From: Thermoplasmata archaeon
GTDB taxonomy: Archaea > Thermoplasmatota > Thermoplasmata > Lutacidiplasmatales > UBA184
Direction of reading: 5' to 3'
NCBI GenBank assembly: GCA_049802875.1
Contig: JBARNH010000054.1
Span: 12,393 to 76,392, forward strand
Length of the DNA stretch: 64,000 nt
Position 1 is the first letter of the stretch. Each line of letters begins with the position of its first letter. A program made the position numbers and the translations under genes. Under the pieces are notes generated by a model. The model was not told where the DNA came from, searched no databases, and worked only from the letters and a program-made list of their open reading frames with translations. This document shows, in pieces, positions 51,743 to 63,435 of the stretch.

Positions 51743-52141
51743 GTGAGGTGGGGAGCGCTCGTACCGGCCGTCCTCCTCGCCGTCGGGGCAGTGCTGGTCG
51801 CGCTCGCCGCCCTTCAGGGGGCGGCGCGGCTCGCCGTCGTCGTAGTCGTCCCCGTCGTCTTCGGCAGTTCGATCGAGTTCGTGGTCGGAGTGCTCCTGCT
51901 GCTGGCCGGCCTATTCTCTCTCGGGCTCGCGTTCGAGCCCGCGGAGGAGACCGACGAACCGGGCGTGGCGAGCCCTCCACGGACGTCCTCCGGCGGTGGG
52001 GGGCTCGTGCTGGTCGGCCCCGTTCCGCTCTTTTTCGGGGCTTGGCGAGATGTGCCGGCCCGGACCCGGATCCTCGTGGCGATCTTGGGGGCGGCCGTCT
52101 TCGCGGTCGCGGTCCTCGTCGTGCTCGGGTTCCTTTTCTAG
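51743..52141 (+). CDS. small membrane protein, DUF131/TIGR00304-like
   Basis: 132 aa, 3-4 TM helices, with GGGLVLVGPVPLFFG resembling the DUF131 GGVxxIGPIPIxFG segment (from memory). Confidence 0.45.
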   Translation: MRWGALVPAVLLAVGAVLVALAALQGAARLAVVVVVPVVFGSSIEFVVGVLLLLAGLFSLGLAFEPAEETDEPGVASPPRTSSGGGGLVLVGPVPLFFGAWRDVPARTRILVAILGAAVFAVAVLVVLGFLF

Positions 52142-52725
52142 CTTTTGCCGCCGACCGCGGCGAGGAATCGACGATGCACCCGCAAGTCTCCGGAGAGCTC
52201 GGGGTGGAACGCGAGGCCCCAGAGTCCGCCCGCGCGGACCCCGACGACCTCTTCGCCCCGCCAAGCGATCGGGACCGCCTGCGCTCCGACCGCCAGAATC
52301 CGCGGGGATCGGATGAACACGCCGGGGAATGGACGTTTCCCGAGACCTTCGAAGATCACGGGGGCTTCGCACGATTCTCGTTGCGACCCATAGTCGTTCC
52401 GTCGCACGGTCACGTCGAGGACCCGGAACGTGGGCGGATCCGGACCCGAAGCGCCGGGAGCGAGGTCGCGGGCCAGGAGGATCAACCCCGCACACGTAGC
52501 GAGGATCGGAAGGCCGTCCTTGAGTCGCTCCTCCAACGGCGCCCAAAGTCCCGCCCCTTCGATGAGCCGAGCGATCGCGGTCGATTCCCCGCCGGGGAGG
52601 AACAAGACGCGCACTTCGGCGAGGTCGGCGGGGGTCCGCACCGCGATCGGATCCGACCCGAGGGACCGCAACACCCGCAGGTGCTCCGGCACATCCCCCT
52701 GAAGGCCGAGGACCCCGACCTTCAT
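52138..52725 (-). CDS. pdxT: pyridoxal 5'-phosphate synthase glutaminase subunit
   Basis: MKVGVLGLQGDVPEH...LFLPGGESTA...ILATCAGLILLA...GLAFHPEL shows the Cys-His-Glu triad context. Its ATG overlaps the hmgA TGA (ATGA at 52722-52725). Confidence 0.92.
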   Translation of the reverse strand: MKVGVLGLQGDVPEHLRVLRSLGSDPIAVRTPADLAEVRVLFLPGGESTAIARLIEGAGLWAPLEERLKDGLPILATCAGLILLARDLAPGASGPDPPTFRVLDVTVRRNDYGSQRESCEAPVIFEGLGKRPFPGVFIRSPRILAVGAQAVPIAWRGEEVVGVRAGGLWGLAFHPELSGDLRVHRRFLAAVGGKS

Positions 52726-54031
52726 TCGGCTCCCGCGCGGCGGAGCTCGTCCAGGACCTCCTTCGCGCGATCGAACCGGATCTGGTGGTCGACGACGAGC
52801 CGCTCGACCACGCGGTCGACCTCCTCCGGTCGAGCACCCGCGCTCACGGCGAGGTTCCGCGCGTGAAGCTCCATGTGCCCCCGCTGGATCCCCTCGGTCG
52901 CGAGGGCGCGCAGCGCGGAGAAATTCTGCGCAAGCCCGACCGCCGCGAGCACCTCCCCGAGCTCGCGAGCGCTCCGCACCCCGAGGACCTTCACGTTCGT
53001 CTTCGCGGTCGGGTGGACCGCGGTCGCCCCGCCGATGAGTCCAACGGGCGCGGGGATCTCGATCGTCCCGACCAGATTGCCGTCCTTGTCCTTCTCGTAG
53101 GTCGTCAGCGGGAGGACGACGGTATCGGCGTGCGTCTCGCCCGCCCGCCAGGCCGCGTACGTGTGGGCGCCGCTCTCGATCGCGCGGAAGTCGTTCCCCG
53201 TCGCGATCACGACGCTCGAGATGCCGTTCATGATCCCCTTGTTGTGCGTCGCGCAGCGGAACGGGTCCGCGACCGCGAGCGCATAGGCATCGAGAATCGC
53301 GTCGACCACCTCGGGGCCGGACGCCGTCTCGGTCTTGAGGACGGCCGCGGGGAACGTCGCGTGAGCGCGCGCGAGCCGATGGATCGCCAGATTCGAGATG
53401 ATGCGCAGCACGACCCGCCCGCCCGTGAGTCGCGCGAACTCGGGGGCCAGCGCCTCACACATCGTGTTGACGGCGTTCATCCCCCCCGCGTCCCGTGCGT
53501 CCACCAGTAGATGGACGACGATCATCGTCCCCCGCGGGGAGGAGAGGATCCGGACTTCGAGGTCCTTCGCTCCCCCTCCGAACTTGACCAGCACAGGGTC
53601 CTTCGCGTTCGCGGCCGAAAGGAGTTCGTCCTTTCGGTGGAGGATCCGCAAACGGGCGGCGACGGGGTCGGGGACGTCCAATATCTGGACCTGGCCGATC
53701 ATCACGGGTGCGGTCGATTGGGCGAAGAATCCGCCCCCCGAACGTACGACCTTCGCCGCATTCGAGGCCGCCGCAACGACGCTCGGCTCCTCGATCGCCA
53801 TCGGGATGAGGTATTCCTTGCCGTTGATCTGGAAGTTCGTCGCGATCCCGAGAGGGAGGGGCATGACACCGATGACGTTCTCGATCATCCGGTCGATCGC
53901 ACCGGCGTCGATCCCCGGCGGGAACTCGAAGGCCCGCGCCTCCTCGTCGGTCAGTCCGGCCCATTCCTGAATGAAGGCACGCCGCTCGGCGATGCTGCGG
54001 CGGTAGAATCCCGGGACCTCGGACGATCGGT

Positions 54032-54035
<4 letters not shown>
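52722..54035 (-). CDS. hmgA: hydroxymethylglutaryl-CoA reductase, class II
   Basis: ENVIGVMPLPLGIATNFQINGKEYLIPMAIEEPSVVAAASNAAK...DARDAGGMNAVNTM...ATHNKGIMNG is a class II (Pseudomonas mevalonii/Archaeoglobus/Thermoplasma-type) pattern. Confidence 0.92.
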
Positions 54036-56761
<2,726 letters not shown>

Positions 56762-56853
56762 GAGGACCGTTCACGCCAGCGGCCAAAGTATCGACCCTCG
56801 CCGACGCCCTGACCGCCATCGGTCATCCCGGTCTTTCATCGTCGAGGCGCCCG

Positions 56854-57744
56854 GTGCTCCGGACCCACGACGCCTCGCTTCTCACGCTCGCTACGCTGGG
56901 CGCGGACGGGGGCCCGGAGTGGCACGGGATCTGGATCGACACGGAGGGGGTCCGCCCGCTCGGACCGAGCGTTCCGCCCAGTCTCCTCCTGGAGGGGGCG
57001 AAAGTGGCCCCCGCCACGGTGGCATTGGTCGACCTGGCCCAGGCGGCCTACCGTTCGTACATCGAGTGGCTCGAAATCCTCGGCGGACGGTTGGACTCGC
57101 TCGAAGGTCAGCCGGACCCCGTGCCCTTATCCGAGCTCGGCGCGCTGTTGCACGCGCTCGCGGGAACTCGAAAGCAGATCGTACGACTCGAGGTCCTGCT
57201 GGCCGAACTCGACGGAACGCTCGGAGCCAAATTTCCCGGGCTCGAGGCGTACCTTCCCCCCCTACGGGCCGAGGTCGCGCACCTCGACGAGCTCTCCGCC
57301 GGCCTCGCCCAGGCGGTCCGAGACCTCGTCGCCATCCGGAACGCCGTCGAGGCGAACCGGCTGTCCGCGGTGGCGAACCGGCTCGGAGAGGTATCGAACC
57401 GGGTCGCAACGCTCGCGAACACCTCCAACCTCCGCATGCTCGGCGTGGCCTACATCGCCCTGGTCCTCGCGCTGGTCAGCGTCGTCGTCTTGATCCCAAA
57501 TACCGCGGCGACGATCCTCGGGGTGCCGACCGCAGCGTGGGTCCCCGGTTACTGGGTGAGCACGATCCTCATCGTGCTGGCCGTCGTCCCGATCGTCGTG
57601 GTGTTTTCGCGCCCGTGGGTCCGGAACACCCTCCGGGGGCTGGGCAGTTACGAACGGCGAACTGCGGAGGGGATTGCCGACCTTCCGGAGGTCCCGGCCC
57701 AGGACGTGGGCGCCGACGCATCTCTTTTACGCCAATCTCGATAG
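56854..57744 (+). CDS. CorA-like membrane protein with a degenerate GMN motif (start uncertain)
   Basis: A long helical cytoplasmic region followed by two C-terminal TM helices: NLRMLGVAYIALVLALVSVVVLIPNTAATILGVP...YWVSTILIVLAVVPIVVVF. The topology and the LIP...G-x-(N/P) position mimic CorA/ZntB, but the sequence has GVP where GMN is expected. The first in-frame start after the gyrB stop is GTG 56854. Confidence 0.45.
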   Translation: MLRTHDASLLTLATLGADGGPEWHGIWIDTEGVRPLGPSVPPSLLLEGAKVAPATVALVDLAQAAYRSYIEWLEILGGRLDSLEGQPDPVPLSELGALLHALAGTRKQIVRLEVLLAELDGTLGAKFPGLEAYLPPLRAEVAHLDELSAGLAQAVRDLVAIRNAVEANRLSAVANRLGEVSNRVATLANTSNLRMLGVAYIALVLALVSVVVLIPNTAATILGVPTAAWVPGYWVSTILIVLAVVPIVVVFSRPWVRNTLRGLGSYERRTAEGIADLPEVPAQDVGADASLLRQSR

Positions 57745-57752
57745 GCGACGTC

Positions 57753-59078
57753 GTGGCGCCATCGACTGCCGCTCCACCCCTCGTGATCACCGACGCTTTG
57801 GTCGTGACCCAGGACCCCGGGCGCCGCGTGGTACGGGCCGACGTCCGGGTGGACGGAGGGCGGTTCACCCACATGGGTGCCCACGCGCCGAGGGAGGGAG
57901 CCGAGATCGTGGGCGGGCACGATTTCGCACTCGTCCCCGGATTTGTGAACACACACTCCCACGTCGCGATGACCCCGCTGCGGGGGATCGCGGACGACCG
58001 GGACCTTGCGGGGTTCCTCGAGACCCTCTTCGCAGTCGATGCCCAGCGGACCGAGGTCGACGTGGAGGCCGGCGCGCTCGCGGGGATCGCGGAGATGCTG
58101 CTCTCCGGGACCACGTCGTTCCTCGACCTGTACTACTTTCAGGACGCTACCGCGCGCGCGGTCGAATCGTTGGGGATCCGGGGGTTCCTCGGGTGGGCGG
58201 TGCTGGATCCGGCGATGACGACGCAGCACGGAAAACCGCTCGACAACGCGGAGGGATTCATCGGCCGCTGGAAGGGCCACCCCCTCGTCTCTCCCCTGGT
58301 CGCGCCGCAAGGCGTCTACGTGTGCGGGGCGGAGACCTGGATCGGCGCGAAGGAGCTCGCGGACCGCCACGGCACCCTCTGCCATTTCCATCTTTCCGAG
58401 ACGCGCCGAGAGGTCAGCGAGCACCTGACGAAGACCGGGCGACGTCCAGCGGAATGGCTCGCGGAGATCGGATTCCTTGGGCCGAGAATGGTCGCGGCCC
58501 ACGCCGTATGGCTCACCGGACACGAGATCGACCTCCTCGCGAAGGGAGGCGTCGGCATCGCCCACTGCGCCAGCTCCAACCTCAAGCTCGCGTCGGGAGG
58601 CGTGGCGCCCGTGGTCGAACTCCGAGCCGCCGGGGCCACCGTGGGCCTGGGGACCGACTCCGTCGCGAGCAACAACTCCCTCTCGATGCTCCGCGAGATG
58701 CACCTGGCGGGGTTGGTCCAAAAAAACCACCGATGGGACGCCGCCGCGCTGTCGGCACAAGAACTCCTCGACCTCGCGACGATCGACGGTGCGAAGATGT
58801 TGGGGCGCGGCGCCGACCTCGGATCGATCGAGGTCGGGAAGCGGGCAGACTTTTCGTTGGTGCGCCTCGACCACCCCACGCTCGTCCCCGCGCGGCCGGA
58901 GGCGATCGTTTCCCACTTGGCCTACTCGGCGGCGGAGGAAGCGATCGATTCGGTCTACGTCCAGGGCGAACCGGTCGTCCGCGCACGGACGCTGGTGAAA
59001 GGCGATTGGTCCGAGATCCGAATCGCGGCCGAGCGGGCGGCCGACTCGTTGTGGTCGGCCCGGCCCTCGCGGACGTGA
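57753..59078 (+). CDS. amidohydrolase of the MTA/SAH/5'-deoxyadenosine deaminase (MtaD/DadD, ATZ/TRZ) group
   Basis: LVPGFVNTHSHVAMT...CHFHLSETRREV...AAHAVWL...GLGTDSVASNN...VGKRADF. Trimmed to GTG 57753, 9 nt after the preceding stop. Confidence 0.85.
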   Translation: MAPSTAAPPLVITDALVVTQDPGRRVVRADVRVDGGRFTHMGAHAPREGAEIVGGHDFALVPGFVNTHSHVAMTPLRGIADDRDLAGFLETLFAVDAQRTEVDVEAGALAGIAEMLLSGTTSFLDLYYFQDATARAVESLGIRGFLGWAVLDPAMTTQHGKPLDNAEGFIGRWKGHPLVSPLVAPQGVYVCGAETWIGAKELADRHGTLCHFHLSETRREVSEHLTKTGRRPAEWLAEIGFLGPRMVAAHAVWLTGHEIDLLAKGGVGIAHCASSNLKLASGGVAPVVELRAAGATVGLGTDSVASNNSLSMLREMHLAGLVQKNHRWDAAALSAQELLDLATIDGAKMLGRGADLGSIEVGKRADFSLVRLDHPTLVPARPEAIVSHLAYSAAEEAIDSVYVQGEPVVRARTLVKGDWSEIRIAAERAADSLWSARPSRT

Positions 59079-59088
59079 CCGCCGGTCC

Positions 59089-59790
59089 CTAGTCGTCCGT
59101 GCCCGAGAGCCCCCGACGAAGTTCGGTCGCGAGCTCTTCGGCGAGCACGGACGGTGGAGCGGAGATCCCCAACTCGCGGAGTCCGACCAAGCGACGCGCT
59201 ACGGCGGGGTCGGAGATCCCGAAGAGCTGGGAGACGGCCCCGACGTCGACGGATCTGTGGACCATCCCTTGGTGCAGGAGCGCGGAGCCAGTAAGGTGCT
59301 GCGCGGCCCCGCCGAGGATCTGCGGACCGGCGGCGAGCACCCGGCCGCGCGCACTGAGCACGCAGACATCGGACGAGAGATTGGGCGGTGCGACCCATTC
59401 CGCGGCCACCCCGTACCGGCCGAGGAACCGGACCGCCCCCATACCGAGTCGAGCATACGCGCGAACGAAGTCCCGTCCGACGCTCCGGTGCTCGCGGGGG
59501 AGGACGACCGACCACGCGAGGTCCCCCGGGGCGTGGAGGACACCGGTACCTCCCGAGTGTCGGCGGACGACGGGGAGCCCCGCCCGACGCGCCCGACCGA
59601 GGTAGGGCGCGTCCTCCCGCACTCCCACCCCGTACGAAACGGCGATGTCGGAGAGGACGGTCACGCGAACGGACGGCCCCCCCGAGCGGAGGAGCCGTTC
59701 GTCCGCCGCGAACTCCTCGGCGCAGGTCAGTTCCCCGGGGACGGACACGGTCACGGAACGGGGCTCGGAGCGATGAACGGGACCGGACAC
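59089..59790 (-). CDS. lipoate/octanoate-protein ligase family protein (BPL/LPL catalytic domain)
   Basis: VVRRHSGGTGVLHAPGDLAWSVV...VCVLSARGRVLAAGPQILGGAAQ (compare the LplA pattern RRxSGGGAVxHD). Confidence 0.72.
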   Translation of the reverse strand: MSGPVHRSEPRSVTVSVPGELTCAEEFAADERLLRSGGPSVRVTVLSDIAVSYGVGVREDAPYLGRARRAGLPVVRRHSGGTGVLHAPGDLAWSVVLPREHRSVGRDFVRAYARLGMGAVRFLGRYGVAAEWVAPPNLSSDVCVLSARGRVLAAGPQILGGAAQHLTGSALLHQGMVHRSVDVGAVSQLFGISDPAVARRLVGLRELGISAPPSVLAEELATELRRGLSGTDD

Positions 59791-59851
59791 ACCGTCCGGA
59801 CATGGGCGGCCGATGTCTAAACGCTAAGTGCCCCGCTCGATTTCCGGCGCT

Positions 59852-60403
59852 ATGGCAGAACTTTCGACCTACGATTTGCATCCGGGGGACGCAGCGCCGG
59901 ACTTCGCTCTCCCCGGGGTGGACGGCCGGACCTATCGGCGCGGTGATTTCGACGCGGACCCGTTCCTCCTCGTGACGTTCTGGTGCAACCACTGCCCGTA
60001 CGTGCAAGCGTGGGAGGGTCGGATGATCGAGATCGGGCGGAAGTACGCCCCGAAGGGCGTTCGGATCGTCCTCATCAACTCGAACGATGCCCGAGCCTAC
60101 CCCGAAGACCGATTCGAGTCGATGGCGCTGCGCGCGAAGGAGCGAAAGTATCCGTTCCCGTACTTGCAGGACGAGTCGCAATCGGTCGCCCACGCTTACG
60201 GTGCGCTCGTCACTCCGCACCCCATGCTGTTTGGGCGCGACCGGAAGCTGCTCTACCAGGGCCGGATCGACAACGACCACCAACACCCGGAACGCGTCAC
60301 CCAGCACTACCTCGAGCGGGCCTTGGACCAGGCGATCGCCGGCGAGGCGGTTCGGCCCGCCGAACTACCGGTGGCGGGTTGTACCGTGAAGTGGCTTCCC
60401 TGA
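59852..60403 (+). CDS. thioredoxin-fold thiol-disulfide oxidoreductase (redoxin/TlpA-like)
   Basis: [19 protein letters not shown]...LLVTFWCNHCPYV carries a CxxC motif. ATG 59852 is preferred over the track start GTG 59828. Confidence 0.82.
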   Translation: MAELSTYDLHPGDAAPDFALPGVDGRTYRRGDFDADPFLLVTFWCNHCPYVQAWEGRMIEIGRKYAPKGVRIVLINSNDARAYPEDRFESMALRAKERKYPFPYLQDESQSVAHAYGALVTPHPMLFGRDRKLLYQGRIDNDHQHPERVTQHYLERALDQAIAGEAVRPAELPVAGCTVKWLP

Positions 60404-61417
60404 CCGTCCGGAGCGACCGCGCGCCCCGCCGGTCCCGCGCGCTTCCTTGAGCTTCGTTCGCCGGAGCTCGAAAGCGCGGCCGAGGGACGGGTCGAGCGGG
60501 GCCGCCGCTCGATCGAGCCGGGCCGCGATCGCGACCTTGCCGGCCAGCGTCCGAGCCAGCTTCCCTCGCTCGTAGCGGCCGGCGGACTGAATCGCGGGGT
60601 GGAGGAAGAGGAGTCCGTGTCGCGGCGGCGGTGCGTTGCCCCGGAGGTGCTCGAAGAACGCCCGTTCGGCGCCGAGGACCTGGATCGTACTCGACGGCAA
60701 GCGGGCCAATCGGTCGAGCCCTCGCGCTTGTGCGAGCAGTCGGGCGGTCAGCTCCGGCCCGAGCAACGCGCTGAGATTCGGGGTTTTTGAAGGCACGGCG
60801 TCCTTGACGGCGGTCGTGAGTTCGAGGTGGGCGGAGTCGATCGCGCGATACAGTTCTGCGAGCCGGCGACGGGACTCCCTCACGGCGGGGTCTCCCGGAC
60901 CGAACGGAGAAGGGGCCCCCTCCTCGAGCGCTCTCCGTGCCGCCGCCGCGTGATCGCCCGGGTCGACATCCGGGGAGTCGCGGGAGACCCAGCTTCCAAG
61001 GCGCTCGCCCACGAGGTTCCGCACTCGGTCGAGGTCGGACGCAGCGCGCACCGCCTCCTCGAGGTGGATCGACGGGTCCCACGACTCCGTCAGGGCCCGT
61101 TCCGCCGCGGCGAGCAGCGCCCGTCGTTGAATGTCGTGGTCCGTAGTTTCCTCGAAGGTCGGAGGGACTGCGGGAGCTTTGGGGTCCCAATGCAGCCCCC
61201 GGTCGGCGAGTCGTCGGTCGCGGGTCATCCACTGCTCCGCGCCTCGATGGGAGAGGATCTCCTCCTCCTCGGGCGTAACCCCACCGGCGCGTCGAATTCG
61301 CGCTCGCTCGGCGAGCTCTGCCTCGCCCATCGGCGCGAGAGCCGAACGCACGACGCGATCGTGGTCGATGAGAAAAGTACCGAACCAGGTGGAGACGAGC
61401 GCAGGGGCCGTGGTCAT
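60365..61417 (-). CDS. nop5: C/D box sRNP core protein Nop5 (Nop56/58)
   Basis: Nop domain: PNLSALLGPELTARLLAQARGLDRLARLPSSTIQVLGAERAFFEHL...PRHGLLFLHPAIQSAGRYERGKLARTLAGKVAIAARLD. Trimmed to ATG 61417, giving MTTAPALVSTWFGTFLI. No fibrillarin gene is adjacent. Confidence 0.88.
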   Translation of the reverse strand: MTTAPALVSTWFGTFLIDHDRVVRSALAPMGEAELAERARIRRAGGVTPEEEEILSHRGAEQWMTRDRRLADRGLHWDPKAPAVPPTFEETTDHDIQRRALLAAAERALTESWDPSIHLEEAVRAASDLDRVRNLVGERLGSWVSRDSPDVDPGDHAAAARRALEEGAPSPFGPGDPAVRESRRRLAELYRAIDSAHLELTTAVKDAVPSKTPNLSALLGPELTARLLAQARGLDRLARLPSSTIQVLGAERAFFEHLRGNAPPPRHGLLFLHPAIQSAGRYERGKLARTLAGKVAIAARLDRAAAPLDPSLGRAFELRRTKLKEARGTGGARGRSGRSGKPLHGTTRHR

Positions 61418-61481
61418 TCCGAGGACTCCCGACGCCGGAAGGCGTGCCGCATAAATAGGGCGGCACGGGTCGTCCGGTCCC

Positions 61482-62369
61482 ATGGAGCCGGCACCGGATT
61501 TGGTCCGCGCGGCTCGGATCGATCGCACGCTCGTCTTAACGATCGATCACCCACCGGTCAACGTCCTATCCCGCCGAGTGCTCGAAGCGCTGGAGACCCG
61601 ACTCGCGGAGGCCGAGGAGGACCCCGAAGTCCGAACCGTGGTGCTCACGAGCGCTGCCGAAAAAGCGTTCGCCGCCGGGGCCAACATCCGAGAGATGGCC
61701 TCGATGGGACCCGCCGAAGCGTTCGATCATGGCGGACGCGGGCAGGCGGTAACGCGTCGGATTGAGCGACTCCCGCTGCCGGTCATTGCGGCCGTCCACG
61801 GCGTCTGCCTTGGGGGAGGGTGCGAGATCGCGCTCGCCTGTGATTTCATCATCGCCAGCTCGGACGCGCAGTTCGGCCAACCCGAAATCAACCTGGGAGT
61901 GATGCCAGGGTGGGGGGGCACTCGCCGATTACCGCGCCGGATCGGTGCGGCTCGAGCGCGCCGATGGATTTTCACGGGACGATCCGTGTCCGCCGACGTC
62001 GCGGAGGCGGAGGGGTTGGTCGATCGCGTCGTGCCGCGGTCGGAGCTCCTGTCGACGGCGCTCGCCCTGTCCGACGAACTGGCTGGCAAACCGGCGCTCG
62101 CCCTCGCCGCGGCGAAGTTCGCGATCTTGAACGCGCTCGACCCGGAGATCGATCGCGGTCTCGCCTACGAGCTCGACCTGTGGGCCCGGCTCTTTGGTAC
62201 TCAGGGCCAACGCGAAGGGATGAACGCCTTCCTTTCGAAGCAAGTGCCTCCGGCCCGATCCAGAGCCGATTGGGGTCGTGAGTCGGTGGGATTCCCCTGG
62301 GCCAAGGGGCCGGCGTCGGGGCCTTCCATCGGAAAGCGGAAGAACACAGAAGTGTCCGGTCGAGACTGA
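61482..62369 (+). CDS. enoyl-CoA hydratase/isomerase (crotonase) family
   Basis: AFAAGANIREM...PVIAAVHGVCLGGGCEIALACDFIIAS...FGQPEINLGVMPGWGGTRRL...REGMNAFLSK. The family normally ends near there. This ORF continues for about 40 more residues and ends 3 nt before tRNA-Thr. Confidence 0.9.
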   Translation: MEPAPDLVRAARIDRTLVLTIDHPPVNVLSRRVLEALETRLAEAEEDPEVRTVVLTSAAEKAFAAGANIREMASMGPAEAFDHGGRGQAVTRRIERLPLPVIAAVHGVCLGGGCEIALACDFIIASSDAQFGQPEINLGVMPGWGGTRRLPRRIGAARARRWIFTGRSVSADVAEAEGLVDRVVPRSELLSTALALSDELAGKPALALAAAKFAILNALDPEIDRGLAYELDLWARLFGTQGQREGMNAFLSKQVPPARSRADWGRESVGFPWAKGPASGPSIGKRKNTEVSGRD

Positions 62370-62372
62370 AAC

Positions 62373-62445
62373 GCCGCGGTGGCTCAGCTGGCAGAGCGGC
62401 TCCTTGGTAAGGAGCAGGCCGAGGGTTCAAATCCCTCCCGCGGCT
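62373..62445 (+). tRNA. tRNA-Thr (GGT)
   Basis: Folded by hand. Acceptor GCCGCGG/CCGCGGC, D arm GCTC-AGCTGGCA-GAGC, anticodon stem GCTCC/GGAGC with loop TTGGTAA, T arm GAGGG-TTCAAAT-CCCTC, discriminator T. 73 nt, no intron and no CCA. Confidence 0.92.
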
Positions 62446-62447
62446 GA

Positions 62448-62455
62448 TTTTCTCT
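62448..62455 (+). terminator. T-rich tract TTTTCTCT immediately 3' of tRNA-Thr
   Basis: Starts 3 nt after the discriminator base. Oligo-T is the usual archaeal termination signal. Confidence 0.4.
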
Positions 62456-62516
62456 GCCGGCGGCCCCTTCGACCGCTCGAGACCGAGCCCAACAGTTATT
62501 GGGGGCCTCGACGCCC

Positions 62517-63305
62517 ATGGTCGCCCCCCGGACCCGAGCCACGACAATGCCCGACGCAAGGCCACGTTTCGAAGCGATATTGTTGGACCTTTTCGGCACC
62601 TTGATCCCCACCGGTAGCCGCGCCTCCCGCGCCCAGCATCTGGGGGAGATGGCGCGCGTGCTCGAGGTCGATCCTGTCGCGTTCGCGTACGAGTGGCTCG
62701 AAAGCTTCGACGCGCGGGCTCGGGGGATCAGGGGCAGCCTGGAAGAATCCATCGGAACAGTTGCATCGCTGTTGGGAGGTCGGCCAACCCCCGGCCAGGT
62801 CCAGCGGGCGGCGGCCATCCGGCTCGATGCTTCTCGGCGACTGTTGACATCCTGCGGACCCTCCCTCGCCGGTCTGGACGCCCTTCGAAACGCGGGGTGT
62901 CGGCTCGCGGTCGTGAGCGACACGTCGGACGAGACCCCTCGTCTGTGGTCCGTTTCCCCGCTGGCTTCCCGCATCGACGTCACCGTTTTTTCCTGCCTCG
63001 AAGGAGTCCGCAAACCCGATCCGAGGATCTATCGACTAGCCCTCGGTCGACTCGGCTTGAGCGTGGGAACCTGCGCCTTCGTCGGTGACGGCGGAAGCCA
63101 TGAGCTGACGGGCGCGGAGGCGATTGGTCTCCCCGCGTACCAGTACCGCTTTCCCGGCGAAGCCGAGGACTCGGCGTACCGACTCGATGCCGACGAAGGA
63201 TGGTCGGGTACCAAATTGAGCGACCTCCGCGAGCTGTTGCACCTCGCTCCGGCGAAACCCGGGAGTGGCGCGGGGTCGGCTTTTCACGCCGAGGTTCGGC
63301 TCTGA
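62517..63305 (+). CDS. HAD superfamily hydrolase, subfamily IA
   Basis: AILLDLFGTL (motif I with Phe at the second Asp position, as in haloacid-dehalogenase-type members), VVSDTS (motif II) and K-x...FVGDGGSHEL (motifs III/IV). The start is ambiguous among TTG 62499, ATG 62517 and ATG 62547. Confidence 0.82.
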   Translation: MVAPRTRATTMPDARPRFEAILLDLFGTLIPTGSRASRAQHLGEMARVLEVDPVAFAYEWLESFDARARGIRGSLEESIGTVASLLGGRPTPGQVQRAAAIRLDASRRLLTSCGPSLAGLDALRNAGCRLAVVSDTSDETPRLWSVSPLASRIDVTVFSCLEGVRKPDPRIYRLALGRLGLSVGTCAFVGDGGSHELTGAEAIGLPAYQYRFPGEAEDSAYRLDADEGWSGTKLSDLRELLHLAPAKPGSGAGSAFHAEVRL

Positions 63306-63390
63306 ACGCCGGTGGGCAGCAAATCCAAGGGCCCTCTCGGGAGCCCCCTGCCGCGGGCGACTTAGAGGTGCCGTCGAGGTCCGACCAGCG

Positions 63391-63398
63391 CTTAAATC
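63391..63398 (+). promoter_or_regulatory. TATA-like box CTTAAATC
   Basis: About 40 nt upstream of GTG 63436. GGAG at 63425-63428 would act as a Shine-Dalgarno sequence on a short leader. Confidence 0.4.
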
Positions 63399-63435
63399 TC
63401 CCTCGACGTGACCTCGGAGGTCCCGGAGAAGGTCA

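Noticed and set aside
50869-52866. 665-aa plus-strand ORF spanning dph2, the DUF131-like gene and pdxT
   Set aside because: It is out of frame or antisense relative to three well-supported genes. The translation is extreme Arg/Pro/Gly low complexity (RRRGRARP...), which marks it as a GC artefact.
58720-58726. A7 homopolymer inside the amidohydrolase gene as a possible programmed or erroneous frameshift site
   Set aside because: The reading frame is continuous across it (…GLVQKNHRW…), and family motifs occur in the same frame on both sides.
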